Positions 35,328 to 45,634 of a stretch of 64,000 nucleotides of DNA are shown here, in pieces. A program made the translations under genes and the position numbers. Below the pieces are notes generated by a model that was not told the origin of the DNA, searched no databases, and was given only the letters and a program-made list of their open reading frames with translations. Positions within the stretch are counted from its first letter, which is position 1. Each line of letters starts with the position of its first letter. The DNA is from Eubacteriales bacterium (GTDB lineage: Bacteria > Bacillota > Clostridia > Oscillospirales > CAG-272). The stretch covers positions 3,465-67,464 of the forward strand of contig JAZQTA010000009.1 in NCBI GenBank assembly GCA_045630385.1, given 5' to 3'.

Positions 35328-36467
35328 TTATGCAAGCTTCAGCGCAGTCCGAATGCCGATCTCAAGGCCGGGAATAAGAGAGTCCTTTTCCACATATTCC
35401 TCACGCGTATGCGCTCCGCTCCCGATCCAAACCGCCATGGTGATTGCGGGGATACCGAGCGAATGCGGGATATTGGAATCCGTAGATCCCGATCCGCCCT
35501 TCGGTGCTTCGCCGCCGAGAACCTCGACCGTTGCATCCGCGCAAAGTTTTGCCAGTGCAGCAAGGGCATCCGCATCCACGTTTGCCGCGCAGGGGCGATC
35601 CCCCACAAGCTCCACCTCTACCGTAGCATCCTTGCGCTCTGCGGCAAAGATCCCTTCAAAACGTTTTTTCATAAACTCCAGGCATTCCAGATCGTCCGAG
35701 CGGTATTCGCAAAGCATTTTTGCTTCCTGCGCGATGGTATTCACCGAGGTGCCGCCCTCGACCGTGCCGACGTTATAGGTGGTTTTCGTTCCTTCCTTTT
35801 TCGGCACCTCGATCGCATAGATCTCGCCGATCATTTCCGCAATCACGGCAATGGCGTTACGATTACCGAAGCGACCGAAGGAATGGCCGCCCGCCGTGCG
35901 CGCGGTCACGAGATAGCGGTGCGAGCCGACCGAGCGATCCACGTAGTGGGCAAAGCTCGATCCGTCAAAGGAGACGAAGCGCGAAACTCTCCCCGCAAAA
36001 TCCGCCATGAAGCGGCGCGTGCCCTTAAGGTTTCCAAGACCTTCCTCACAGGAATTGGCGATAAAGAGGATGCCGTTTTTGCTTTCGATCTTCTTTTCGA
36101 AGAAAAATTTTGCGCACATCATCATGACGGCGAGGCTTGCCGTATCGTCACCCACGCCGGGGCAATAGATCTTGCCGTCGCGCTCATCGTAGGGCATCGG
36201 CTCGGTATCGGGAAACACGGTGTCCGTATGTGCGCAAAGCACGGAAAGCTCCTTTTTATCATCGGTCACGCCGTACGGCAAGATCACGTTGAGTGCATCG
36301 TCGATATACGCCCCCTCGCCACAGTTTTCATCAAACCACTTCTTGCAAAATGCCGCGCGAAGCTCTTCGTGATGCGAGGGTGCGGGGATCAGGCAAAGCT
36401 CCCGAAGTAGCGCATACAGCTCTTCCATATGTGCGTTCACATATGATTTTATATCCTTCGTTTGCAT
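35328..36467 (-). CDS. M20-family metallopeptidase (peptidase T / ArgE-DapE-like)
   Basis: 379 aa. AHTDTVFP, CPGVGDDTAS, SCEEGLGNL and a C-terminal H...E motif of M20/M25/M40 hydrolases. Confidence 0.85.
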   Translation of the reverse strand: MQTKDIKSYVNAHMEELYALLRELCLIPAPSHHEELRAAFCKKWFDENCGEGAYIDDALNVILPYGVTDDKKELSVLCAHTDTVFPDTEPMPYDERDGKIYCPGVGDDTASLAVMMMCAKFFFEKKIESKNGILFIANSCEEGLGNLKGTRRFMADFAGRVSRFVSFDGSSFAHYVDRSVGSHRYLVTARTAGGHSFGRFGNRNAIAVIAEMIGEIYAIEVPKKEGTKTTYNVGTVEGGTSVNTIAQEAKMLCEYRSDDLECLEFMKKRFEGIFAAERKDATVEVELVGDRPCAANVDADALAALAKLCADATVEVLGGEAPKGGSGSTDSNIPHSLGIPAITMAVWIGSGAHTREEYVEKDSLIPGLEIGIRTALKLA

Positions 36468-36542
36468 AAAAATGCTCCTCTTTTTTTATTCTTCATTTAT
36501 TTTACACCGAGGCGGCGATTTTGTCAAGGCAAAGGCGGTAAT

Positions 36543-37706
36543 TTACACAACGTCCAAAAAATTCCACGAAAGCGGTAGCGGCAACCATGCAAGCGCATGC
36601 GCAGGCAAACTGCCGAATGCCACGGGCGGAAGCGGACCGAAGAGAAGCTTCGCCGCTGTTTTTGCATCAAGAGAGAGATCCGCCCCCTCACCTTCGATCT
36701 TTTCGCAATGCGCCCCCTTCGCATCCACCGAAAGACGCAAAAATCCATAGCCTCCGACCTCTATACAAAGCGTTCCCTCGGGAAGCGGCGAGAGTCTGTT
36801 TTTCAGCTTCAAAAATGCATCGACCACGCGGTCAAAATGCAAAAATTTGAATTTTGACGGCGCATAAGCGCGAAGGCTCTCCGCGACGGATGAAAGCGCC
36901 CGCAGCTCGGTATGCATCCAAGGCGCGATCGGCAAGGTGACTGTTTTTTCCGTCTGCCGTTGCCATGCGCAAGCAAGATGCAAAAAGTCTGCGGACTGCT
37001 CGGCACGCAGCTCCGTCACACTCTGCCCATTCTCAGCGGCACACAAATATCCGATGGGGCGGCCGCCTCGCTTTGCAATATAGGCATCGCTGTATTTGGA
37101 GCGAAGCACCGAAAGAACATCCCGTTCTCCTTCACTCTCGCGCCGTTCAACGTAGCAGGGGGATGCCGCCGTCAGCATGCGGATATACCGCAGGTCGGCA
37201 ACGCTCTTCTCGGCAAGCGGCTCAAAAACGATGTCGCCGTATGCATCCTCGGAGATCGCGGATCGGTTTTTCTGCGAAAGCTCCGCGCTATACAGCGTGC
37301 CGCAGTCCTCAAAGCCGAAGCGCTCATAGCGTTGCTTCTGCCCTCCGAGGCGAAGGGCATCATACCCCTCCTTCTCGGCCTCCTCCATGGCGAGCGAGAA
37401 AAGCCGCGTAAAATATCCTCTGCCCGCATATTCGGGCAGGGTAGCAACGTTTCCCGTGGTGGCAAAGCGCAACGTGACATCCCCAACGCGTAGATCGAGC
37501 GGATAAATGCCGACGACCGATACGAGCCTTCCATCCTCAAAAAGCCCGAGATGCCGCCCCATATAAAGATCGTCCCTCACCCACATTTTCGGCTGCCCGC
37601 GCAAAAAATCAACCGGGCGGGAGCGAACTGCGGCAAAGCTTGTATTCAGAACATAAAGAAGCGCGTCATAATCCGAGGCACGAAGTCTTCTGATCTCCAT
37701 TTTCAC
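36543..37706 (-). CDS. GNAT-family N-acetyltransferase (Eis-like, with C-terminal SCP2-like region)
   Basis: 387 aa. Acetyl-CoA motif V.T.PEYAGRGYFTRLF. The length and C-terminal region are consistent with Eis-type enzymes. Confidence 0.7.
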   Translation of the reverse strand: MKMEIRRLRASDYDALLYVLNTSFAAVRSRPVDFLRGQPKMWVRDDLYMGRHLGLFEDGRLVSVVGIYPLDLRVGDVTLRFATTGNVATLPEYAGRGYFTRLFSLAMEEAEKEGYDALRLGGQKQRYERFGFEDCGTLYSAELSQKNRSAISEDAYGDIVFEPLAEKSVADLRYIRMLTAASPCYVERRESEGERDVLSVLRSKYSDAYIAKRGGRPIGYLCAAENGQSVTELRAEQSADFLHLACAWQRQTEKTVTLPIAPWMHTELRALSSVAESLRAYAPSKFKFLHFDRVVDAFLKLKNRLSPLPEGTLCIEVGGYGFLRLSVDAKGAHCEKIEGEGADLSLDAKTAAKLLFGPLPPVAFGSLPAHALAWLPLPLSWNFLDVV

Positions 37707-37734
37707 TTATTCCTTTCAAAAAGAGAATATTTAT

Positions 37735-40029
37735 TTACATATCCGCATCTTTCCCGGGTTCAACACGGAACATCTTGGTTTCTCCGAAATAAGATTCAAA
37801 GGAAAGCTCCTTTGCATTTTCCGCATATATCTTATTCTCGTACACCTCGGTTACCGTGCAGGGCTCGGGAAGCAAAAGCGTTTTATTTCCACTATGTGCC
37901 GCATGGTGCGTAATGTAATTTTTTCCAACGAAAAGAACGTCCTCACTATCACTGTAAATATGTGCGCCCGCAAAGCGTGCAATGGCGCGAAGCACCGATC
38001 GGTCGATTAGCTTTGCACCGTAAAAGATCGAGGTATACCCCTCGCATTCCTTTAGAGAAATGGCGGGAAAGGGCGAATTCGCAAAGTACGCAAGGTTCTT
38101 TGCCTCTGGATCGGCGCTATGGAACAAGGGATACAGATAGCTTTCAAAATGCGAATAGTGATAGGGGCCTGTGCCAAAATAATTATGCCTTGCAAAGCGC
38201 CCGAAGAGAGCACGCCGATCGAGCCCCTGCGTGGCGGGATGCGCCTCTCCCGAGAAACGGAAGATAGGATCAAAGCGATCGTTTTCCATCTTGATCTCCA
38301 TGCCGACGAGATCGCCGATATTTTCCGCGCACATCTTTATTTTCGCCGAGGGATCGGCAAAGCCCGGAGCATACAAAAAGAGTGCTACCGCACGCGCCTT
38401 CGAAAGCTGTGCCTTGATCCTTTCGCGCTCGCTTTTCGTCAGCACGAAGCAATTGACGAACACGTACAGCTTATGCGGCGGCACGCGCTCGGCGATCAGA
38501 TCGTTTACGTAATACTGAGAGTAGCGCACGCCAACGTACGGAAGCTCGTAGTTTCTGAGAAGCTCTGCGATCTCGCCCGTGGTTTGAATGGAGGCCACCT
38601 GCGTGGATCTTTCACAGAAAATATAAGCGACCTCGCTTTCCTTCGTGCGATTCAGCGTATACGCCTCCTTGCCGATCTCCTGCTGGCGCCCGATCAAGGA
38701 ATAGATCTCGGGAAAGCGGTAGCGGCGGCCGCCGAGCAGCTGATCGAACCACCAAGAGTAGTTATCACAGCAAATATTTTTTCCATACTCGCGCTTCATG
38801 GCGTTGATTGCATCGGTCAGATCGTATACGTTATATTTGTTTCTGAAATAACGATTTTCCGCGTGCGTGCGCGTATCCTCCTGGCTGATATAAATTTTGC
38901 CGTGCAGAGCAAAGGAGTCCTCCGCCACACGCTGTGCAGGCGCGCCGCCGGGCTGGCGGTTCTGATACACCGAGGGATTGAGCATAAAATCGTATTCGGG
39001 CGCTTCGAGGAGCATCGAAACGTAGCCGTTGCGCCCGGAGGTCAAGGTATTGTCGCACCCCTGCGAGCCGTAGCACATACCAACAAGGCGGTCAGGCGTG
39101 ATGCTCTTGATAACGCTCGCAAAATGCCGCTGAGCACGCGCCGTTGCCTTATGGTGTGCGCGATAAAAATCATAGACGTGGGGGCATTTGTTCATATCCG
39201 TGAACGCGCCGATATGCGTGCCGTTGCATGAGGCAGGCGGCGTTTCGGCATTGGAGAGCATTTTCCTTTTCGGAATCGCGGCATCAAAATCCGCCTCCAT
39301 GCCGAAATAATGCTCTTCATAGGTTGGTATTGGAGGATTTTCTATGCTGACGTCCTCTCGTCCCCATGCGCGGCGCAGCTCCTCATCCGTTCCGTAGGTT
39401 TCCGAAAGATAGAGCGAAAACTCGCGCTTGACTGCATCGCTATACCCTTGCACGCGCTTATTTTCCATATCAATATAAGGAAGACCGCTATACCACTCCG
39501 AGCTTTGCCCTGCGGCAGGAAAGCATCCGATGATGCGATCGGCATACGGAAGCGCCATGAGCCTTTTCCAAAGCGCGGCAAGCGCCTCTCCCGCCGCCTC
39601 GCGCCAAAGAGAGGATGCAAGCGAATACATCATCGGAAGATCCGCCTCGTAGGATTCTGTAAAAAGATGAAAGGGAGGGCGCGCGCCGTCGCTATAAGTA
39701 ATACATTCCTCGGGGTGCGCCTCGATCCATTCGATCGGAGGATGCAAGCCGATGCGAGGCATGATATACGCATCGGGTACTGCCGCAAAAAGCGCGCGTG
39801 CCTCTTTATCAAAAAGCTCGATCGCATCGGGCTGAAGCCAAATCGTGTTGCAATGCAAAAAGAACACCTTGATCCCCGCCTTTCCGAGGCTTTCAAAATA
39901 CGAGCCGTCAAAATGAATATCCTTGCCGCCGTTGTCTCTCGTGCGGACCGTGGCAAACGCGGGCGGATATACCTTGCCGTCAATCACAACCGCGGGGCGA
40001 CCGCCGCGCACCTCAACCTTTACCATCAA
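37735..40029 (-). CDS. large cytoplasmic protein, putative glycoside-hydrolase-like (family not recognised)
   Basis: 764 aa, no signal peptide. The N-terminal third is reminiscent of GH42-like TIM barrels. Divergent from an AraC regulator. Functional call is weak. Confidence 0.6.
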   Translation of the reverse strand: MMVKVEVRGGRPAVVIDGKVYPPAFATVRTRDNGGKDIHFDGSYFESLGKAGIKVFFLHCNTIWLQPDAIELFDKEARALFAAVPDAYIMPRIGLHPPIEWIEAHPEECITYSDGARPPFHLFTESYEADLPMMYSLASSLWREAAGEALAALWKRLMALPYADRIIGCFPAAGQSSEWYSGLPYIDMENKRVQGYSDAVKREFSLYLSETYGTDEELRRAWGREDVSIENPPIPTYEEHYFGMEADFDAAIPKRKMLSNAETPPASCNGTHIGAFTDMNKCPHVYDFYRAHHKATARAQRHFASVIKSITPDRLVGMCYGSQGCDNTLTSGRNGYVSMLLEAPEYDFMLNPSVYQNRQPGGAPAQRVAEDSFALHGKIYISQEDTRTHAENRYFRNKYNVYDLTDAINAMKREYGKNICCDNYSWWFDQLLGGRRYRFPEIYSLIGRQQEIGKEAYTLNRTKESEVAYIFCERSTQVASIQTTGEIAELLRNYELPYVGVRYSQYYVNDLIAERVPPHKLYVFVNCFVLTKSERERIKAQLSKARAVALFLYAPGFADPSAKIKMCAENIGDLVGMEIKMENDRFDPIFRFSGEAHPATQGLDRRALFGRFARHNYFGTGPYHYSHFESYLYPLFHSADPEAKNLAYFANSPFPAISLKECEGYTSIFYGAKLIDRSVLRAIARFAGAHIYSDSEDVLFVGKNYITHHAAHSGNKTLLLPEPCTVTEVYENKIYAENAKELSFESYFGETKMFRVEPGKDADM

Positions 40030-40164
40030 AAAAATCTCCTTGCTTTACATTTTATTATCATAAAGGAAAACGCATTTTCTGATTTGATTTTATCAAATAC
40101 CATTGACAAAAGCAATGGAATAATTTATAATCAAGATATAAAATTTTATCATCATAGGAGTCAT

Positions 40165-40896
40165 ATGGAGCTTTTGGTTTATACGCGCCTCTTCCGCGAA
40201 AAATTTCAAAAGGAAAGCTTCAGCAGTGAAAACGATCTTCTCCTTTGCGTGCTTGAAGGTGCATTTGAGGTAAGACGCCAAACGGAATGGATACGCGTTG
40301 AAAAAAATCAGGCATTCCTCTTTTGCAAGGGCGTGCAATACGAAAGGCGGATCCTCGCCCCCTTAACGATGGCACTTTTTCGCTATAACGGCAGCCGATC
40401 GCTTTTCCCCCGAGAGCATCTGATCTTCCACGATACGTGGCGCTTCCAATCCACGCTTGCACTCTGCGAAAAATGCAAAGACTTCCAGGGCGAACTCGGA
40501 AGGATGGCGCGACTGCTATGGGATCTTTCGTTGCAGTACGAAATTGAGGCAGAAAACGAAGCGGGGCAAAAAAAGGAAGATGAGGAAATGCTACGCGCCG
40601 AAAAAAGACTGCGAAACTGCATTGCAAAAGAAATATCGATCACCGATCTTGCCAAGGAATGCTCGCTCTCCCACGTGCAGCTGATCCGCCGCTTCCGCGC
40701 CGCGTTCGGCTGTACCCCTTCGGAGTATATGAGAGCCCTTCGCCTTGATCGCGCAAGAGAGCTCCTTTTGCAAACGGATCTTCCAATCAAGGCCGTGGCA
40801 ACGGAATGCGGATTTAACAATGAGTATTATTTCAGCAACTTCTTCAAAAAGCATACAGATCTTTCTCCAACGGCATTCCGTTCCATGACGCAATAA
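40165..40896 (+). CDS. AraC-family transcriptional regulator
   Basis: The ORF track entry 39310-40896 runs antisense through the neighbouring gene. I take ATG 40165 (MELLVYTRLF), preceded by TAGGAG. C-terminal HTH GFNNEYYFSNFFKKHTDLSPTAFR. Confidence 0.8.
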   Translation: MELLVYTRLFREKFQKESFSSENDLLLCVLEGAFEVRRQTEWIRVEKNQAFLFCKGVQYERRILAPLTMALFRYNGSRSLFPREHLIFHDTWRFQSTLALCEKCKDFQGELGRMARLLWDLSLQYEIEAENEAGQKKEDEEMLRAEKRLRNCIAKEISITDLAKECSLSHVQLIRRFRAAFGCTPSEYMRALRLDRARELLLQTDLPIKAVATECGFNNEYYFSNFFKKHTDLSPTAFRSMTQ

Positions 40897-40925
40897 CCTT
40901 CATTATTTTTAAGACAGGAGCAAAT

Positions 40926-41861
40926 ATGGAAAGAATTATTTACGATATCATCATAATTGGCGGCGGTCCTGCGGGATATACGGCGGCGCTCTACGCCGCG
41001 CGAGCAGGGCTTTCCACGCTCGTCATTGAGAAATTTTCCGCGGGCGGACAGATGACCGAAACGCAGTCCATCGAAAATTATCCCGGCTTTGACGAGGGGA
41101 CGGACGGCTTTACGCTTGGCTTCAAGATGCAGGCCGGCGCGGAAAAATACGGTGCAAAAACCATGAACGCCGAGGTCGCCAAGGTAGATCTTTTAAGCAA
41201 TCCCAAGCAGATCTTTACCGCGACACAGACGCTTTTTGCCAAGGCGGTTATTATCGCCACGGGCGCAACGCACAAGCACCTCGGGCTCGAGCGCGAGGAG
41301 GAAATGATCGGCCGCGGCGTTGGCTACTGCGCGGCGTGCGACGGTATGCTCTACAGCGGCAAGACGGTTGCCGTCGTCGGCGGCGGAAACTCCGCGGCGG
41401 CAGATGCGCTCCTGCTTTCTCGCATCTGCGGGAAGGTTTATCTCATTCACCGCAGAGACACCTTGCGCGCCGAAAAGATCCATCACGAGCCCCTCTCGCG
41501 CGCCGAGACCGTGGAATTCAAATGGAACGCGACCGTGACGGCCTTGCACGGCGAAGATAAGCTCACGGGCATCACGGTGCAAAGCACCAAGAACGGCGAG
41601 AGCGAGGAGATCGCGCTGGACGGTCTTTTTATCAGCATCGGCCGCTCGCCCGAAACCGCGCTCTTCGATGGGCAGCTCGCCTTGGAAAACGGATATATTC
41701 TCGCAGGCGAGGACACGAAAACAAGCATTCCCGGCGTTTTTGCCGCAGGCGACGTGCGCAAAAAGGCACTGCGCCAGATCGTGACCGCGGCGGCAGACGG
41801 CGCGATTGCCGCCCATTTTGCAGAGGAATATATCGAAACGGAATACGAACAAAGCAAATAA
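40926..41861 (+). CDS. trxB: thioredoxin-disulfide reductase
   Basis: IIIIGGGPAGYTAALYAAR, redox-active CAACDG, the second dinucleotide motif VVGGGNSAA, and GVFAAGDV. Confidence 0.93.
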   Translation: MERIIYDIIIIGGGPAGYTAALYAARAGLSTLVIEKFSAGGQMTETQSIENYPGFDEGTDGFTLGFKMQAGAEKYGAKTMNAEVAKVDLLSNPKQIFTATQTLFAKAVIIATGATHKHLGLEREEEMIGRGVGYCAACDGMLYSGKTVAVVGGGNSAAADALLLSRICGKVYLIHRRDTLRAEKIHHEPLSRAETVEFKWNATVTALHGEDKLTGITVQSTKNGESEEIALDGLFISIGRSPETALFDGQLALENGYILAGEDTKTSIPGVFAAGDVRKKALRQIVTAAADGAIAAHFAEEYIETEYEQSK

Positions 41862-41873
41862 GGAGAGATCAAA

Positions 41874-42989
41874 ATGTCATTTTTGTTATGTGCCCCCTCG
41901 GTCTTTGTGATCGGAGATGAATACGAGATTCTTATCAACGCCAAGGAAAACGGCATTCTTCATCTTGAGATCGGCGGCGAGGAATTTTTCGAGGAGAATG
42001 CGGGCGTGCTTGCGACCGAGCGTGCTTTTGCAAAAATCCGCGTGCCCCAAGAGGTGCTGGACAAAGCGGAGCGCTATACGGTCGTCTACCGCAAGACGAT
42101 CAACCATCAGGCGTATTTTTCGGAAATGGGAGAGGCGGAAAAGGAAGAATTTCGCTTCCGCCCCATCAAGAAGACGGAGGACATCCGCATCTATCATCTG
42201 GCGGACGTGCACAGCGCATTCGGCCTTGCGAGCAAGGCGGCCGCTTATTTCGGTGACGAAACCGATCTTTTCATTATGAACGGCGACATCGCCGAGGTGG
42301 AAAGATTTGAGGATTTCACGCGCGTTGCGTGCTTTCTCGGAGAGGTTGCCAAGGGAGAGATCCCGATGGTCTTCGTGCGCGGCAACCACGATACGCGCGG
42401 CAAGCTCTCGCATTTTTATACCGACTTTTTCCCCTGCAACGGCAAGGATACCTATTTCACCTTCACGGTTGGCCCGATCTACGGCGTTGCGCTGGATTGC
42501 GGAGAGGATAAGCCCGATGACTATTTTTACGATGCGGAGTACGATTTCAAATCCGCTTATAGCGGCATCAACCGTTTCTCGCCCTTTCGCCGCCGCGAGC
42601 TGAAATGGCTTCGGACTCTTGAAAAATCCGAAAAGCCCTACCGCCTCGCCATCTCGCACATCTGCCCGATGCAAACCGCGAGAAGGGCAGATAGTCCGTT
42701 TGATATCGAGCGCGACGTATACACCGAATTTTCAAGCGAGCTTTCGCGCCTTGATATACAGCTCATGCTTTGCGGACACATCCACAAGGCCTACTTCATG
42801 TATCCCGGCGACGGGCAAAGCCTACTGCCCCACACCTTCCCCATCGCCGTCGGCTCGGCTATGAAAAAGGAAGACGGCGCGATCGTTTCGCTCTCGGGCA
42901 TGGCGATCACGCTGAACCGAGAAGGTGCGACCTTGGGCGTCACGGACGAAAAGAAAGAAATTTCTATCGAAGAAAAAATCTCGTTTTAA
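41874..42989 (+). CDS. metallophosphoesterase (calcineurin-like)
   Basis: 371 aa. HLADVH, NGDIAE, RGNHD, and GHIH motifs in order. Confidence 0.8.
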   Translation: MSFLLCAPSVFVIGDEYEILINAKENGILHLEIGGEEFFEENAGVLATERAFAKIRVPQEVLDKAERYTVVYRKTINHQAYFSEMGEAEKEEFRFRPIKKTEDIRIYHLADVHSAFGLASKAAAYFGDETDLFIMNGDIAEVERFEDFTRVACFLGEVAKGEIPMVFVRGNHDTRGKLSHFYTDFFPCNGKDTYFTFTVGPIYGVALDCGEDKPDDYFYDAEYDFKSAYSGINRFSPFRRRELKWLRTLEKSEKPYRLAISHICPMQTARRADSPFDIERDVYTEFSSELSRLDIQLMLCGHIHKAYFMYPGDGQSLLPHTFPIAVGSAMKKEDGAIVSLSGMAITLNREGATLGVTDEKKEISIEEKISF

Positions 42990-43000
42990 GCCTTATATAA

Positions 43001-43044
43001 GCAAAATGCACTTCAAAGAAAAACTCCTTTGAAGTGCATTTTGC
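43001..43044. terminator. bidirectional terminator between convergent genes
   Basis: 18-bp perfect stem GCAAAATGCACTTCAAAG / CTTTGAAGTGCATTTTGC. Confidence 0.8.
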
Positions 43045-43065
43045 TATTTTTATTTACATTTCTTT

Positions 43066-43875
43066 TCAAAAAGGCACTTCTGCCCATCCGTTTTTCGTCA
43101 AGATTACGTGGGAAGAAAATCCGCAGTCCTTCGCGAGATCTACCGCAAGATCAAAGCCGCAATCAAGAAAATCCTTGTTATGGCAATCGGAATTGATCAT
43201 GATCTTTCCGCCCAACTTACGGATCGTCGAAAGAAGCTCAGGCGAGGGGTAGGGCGTGGTTCTGTATCCTCGGCCGATCGCGCCCGTATTGATCTCAAAG
43301 GGCTTTCCGTATTTTGCAAGATGCTCGATCGCGGCCTTTGCCATTGCAAAATAGCGCGGCGAGCGGCGGATCGAAAGCACCTCGTCGTATTTCGTGATCA
43401 GATCGACGTGCCCGATCACGTCTCCCTCCGGGATCTTATCCGCCAGGCGCATCACCTCGGCAAAATACGCTTCGGCATACACGTCCTGATCCCCTCCGAA
43501 ATGCGCCTCAAGATTTTTCAGCATCAGATCCGCATTGTTATCGACCGGACAAAACACGCCGTCCGCGAGAAGATTATGCACCGAGGCGATCACGTAATCG
43601 TATTTATATTCGAGCGGCGGCGACCAGGAGTCCTGCTCAATGCCGAGGAATATATCGATCTTATCCTTATATTTTTCCTTTACGCGCAAAACCTCTTCGC
43701 GGTAAGGCAGTTGCTGTTTTTCCGACATGGAGATATCCGCATCCAGAACGAAATATGCGTGCCCCGAAAAGCCAAGTGCCGAAAAGCCCCTTTCGATCGC
43801 GGCAAGCGCCATTTCCTCGGGCGTATCCTTTCCGTCACAAAAGACGGAATGGGTATGAAAATTCGTTTTTACCAT
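43066..43875 (-). CDS. histidinol-phosphatase, HisJ family (PHP domain)
   Basis: NFHTHSVFCDGK, GFSGHA and HVDL motifs. 269 aa. Confidence 0.85.
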   Translation of the reverse strand: MVKTNFHTHSVFCDGKDTPEEMALAAIERGFSALGFSGHAYFVLDADISMSEKQQLPYREEVLRVKEKYKDKIDIFLGIEQDSWSPPLEYKYDYVIASVHNLLADGVFCPVDNNADLMLKNLEAHFGGDQDVYAEAYFAEVMRLADKIPEGDVIGHVDLITKYDEVLSIRRSPRYFAMAKAAIEHLAKYGKPFEINTGAIGRGYRTTPYPSPELLSTIRKLGGKIMINSDCHNKDFLDCGFDLAVDLAKDCGFSSHVILTKNGWAEVPF

Positions 43876-43878
43876 TCT

Positions 43879-45585
43879 TTAATCCTCTGCTACAGCAAGA
43901 TACAGCGCCGTATCCTCACCGTTTTTCACCAGGAGCTCGGTGACGTAAAGCTCATCCAGCACGTAAGCCTCCGCCTCCACGGCATCCGCCTCCAGCGTCA
44001 GGAGAAGCGCTCCGCTTTCATTATAGACCGTGAACTGCTTTTTCTCCTCAACGGTCTGCTCGACGAGGATCAGGGAGGAGCCGCGCGGGATCTGCACCGT
44101 TTTTCCTTCATTTTTGGAAGCAAGCACCGCGGCGGTCTGCTTTTCGCCGTCAAAAAGAAGAACCTCGCCTTCCGCCTTGCGCATCAGAACCGACGAGCCG
44201 ATAAGCTCAAAATCCGTGATGCCGTTCTCCTCCATATCGTAAAGAAGCGCAAGATCCCAGTCGTAGATTTTATTTTCATGAATGAAGAGCCTCGATGCCA
44301 TCACGGTCTCCCCCGTTGCGGCAAGCGAGGGGAAGCGGCCGATCACGGTGCCCCATTCATTCAAAAGGAAATATTCGTCCGCAAGATTATGCGCCACCCA
44401 GCGGTTTTTCGCAACGCCGTGGAAATCCCCCTTATACATAGCGGGAATGATGTCACCGACAAAGCTGGTGATCTTTCCGCGGTTGGACAGGAGCGCCGCC
44501 CTGAGCGTATGCGCGTTCATATCAAGAATGTGATCCTGAACGAGGTAGCCCATCGCCAGGTTTTCCATGCTCGCATTCAAGCCGCGCGCACGCAAAATCG
44601 CATCGTCGGATACGATTCCGTCCTCACCGTCGGCAATATAAAAATCGGGATCCTTGATGACGGTTTTTTCGCCCGTGCGCACCGAGATCACCTCATGATG
44701 CAGCTTATATTTGATGCCCGCTTTCATATAAGTATACTGCGTAACGCTTGCATCCTCGACCGTAACGTACTGCGAGAAAAGCGTTCCGTCCGACAAAATG
44801 AAGCAGTGCGCGTCCACGGCATCCGTGGGAACGCGATAGATCGCGGTTAACGCCGCTTCCTTATCGTACACGTACCAGCAATCCACGCCCAGCGCATCGC
44901 GCTCCACGTGATAATAATAATCCGCTACCTTTTCATCAAAAACGGAAAGCTCGGCAAACGCCCCAAGCGTAAACGCGCGCTTTGCGGTGCCGTTTCCCTC
45001 CACGCGGTACACCTCGCGCTCAAAGCGCACAAGATCCAATACCGAATCATACACGCCGTTCAGCGCATCAAGGCTTCCGATATCCGCCTTCGTTGCAAAG
45101 ACGGTGCCTTTTTCATCCAGGAGCGAAACGGCGTAGCTCGGCGTTTGCGAAGCCGCAGCTTCAACGGCGGCACACCAAGCGGAGTCCCCCAAGGCGTTAT
45201 TCAGAGAAACTGCGTATGCAAGCGTATCCGTATCCGAAAAGGTGGCGATGACCTCGCCGCGCAGAACGTGCACGACCTTTTGCACTTTTTTCCCGTCCTC
45301 ACCGAAGGCCTCGTACAGCGCAAGGCGCCCCTTGCGATCCTTGCATTCACCGCCAACGTCCTCAACCCTTACGGCGGAGGTGATCTCGGTCTTATCCTGC
45401 GAAAGAGAGCCCGCTACCGTCCAAAAATCCACCATCGGCGTGCCCGCGCGAATGATCACGAGCGTGATCAGCGCTCCGACGCAGAGCAAAAGCAGAACGA
45501 GAACGAGAATTTTTTTGCGCATCGTCCCCTTTTTATCCTCAAGCTCCCCCTCTGCGGAAAGAATCTTTTTTTCTTCCATGCTCAA
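43879..45585 (-). CDS. membrane-anchored protein of unknown function
   Basis: 568 aa. Charged N-terminus, a single TM (KKILVLVLLLLCVGALITLVII), and a large extracytoplasmic domain with no motif I recognise. Confidence 0.7.
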   Translation of the reverse strand: MSMEEKKILSAEGELEDKKGTMRKKILVLVLLLLCVGALITLVIIRAGTPMVDFWTVAGSLSQDKTEITSAVRVEDVGGECKDRKGRLALYEAFGEDGKKVQKVVHVLRGEVIATFSDTDTLAYAVSLNNALGDSAWCAAVEAAASQTPSYAVSLLDEKGTVFATKADIGSLDALNGVYDSVLDLVRFEREVYRVEGNGTAKRAFTLGAFAELSVFDEKVADYYYHVERDALGVDCWYVYDKEAALTAIYRVPTDAVDAHCFILSDGTLFSQYVTVEDASVTQYTYMKAGIKYKLHHEVISVRTGEKTVIKDPDFYIADGEDGIVSDDAILRARGLNASMENLAMGYLVQDHILDMNAHTLRAALLSNRGKITSFVGDIIPAMYKGDFHGVAKNRWVAHNLADEYFLLNEWGTVIGRFPSLAATGETVMASRLFIHENKIYDWDLALLYDMEENGITDFELIGSSVLMRKAEGEVLLFDGEKQTAAVLASKNEGKTVQIPRGSSLILVEQTVEEKKQFTVYNESGALLLTLEADAVEAEAYVLDELYVTELLVKNGEDTALYLAVAED

Positions 45586-45634
45586 ATAAAAACCTCCATT
45601 TTATATCAAAAAGCAAACATTTGTTTTCAAAACA

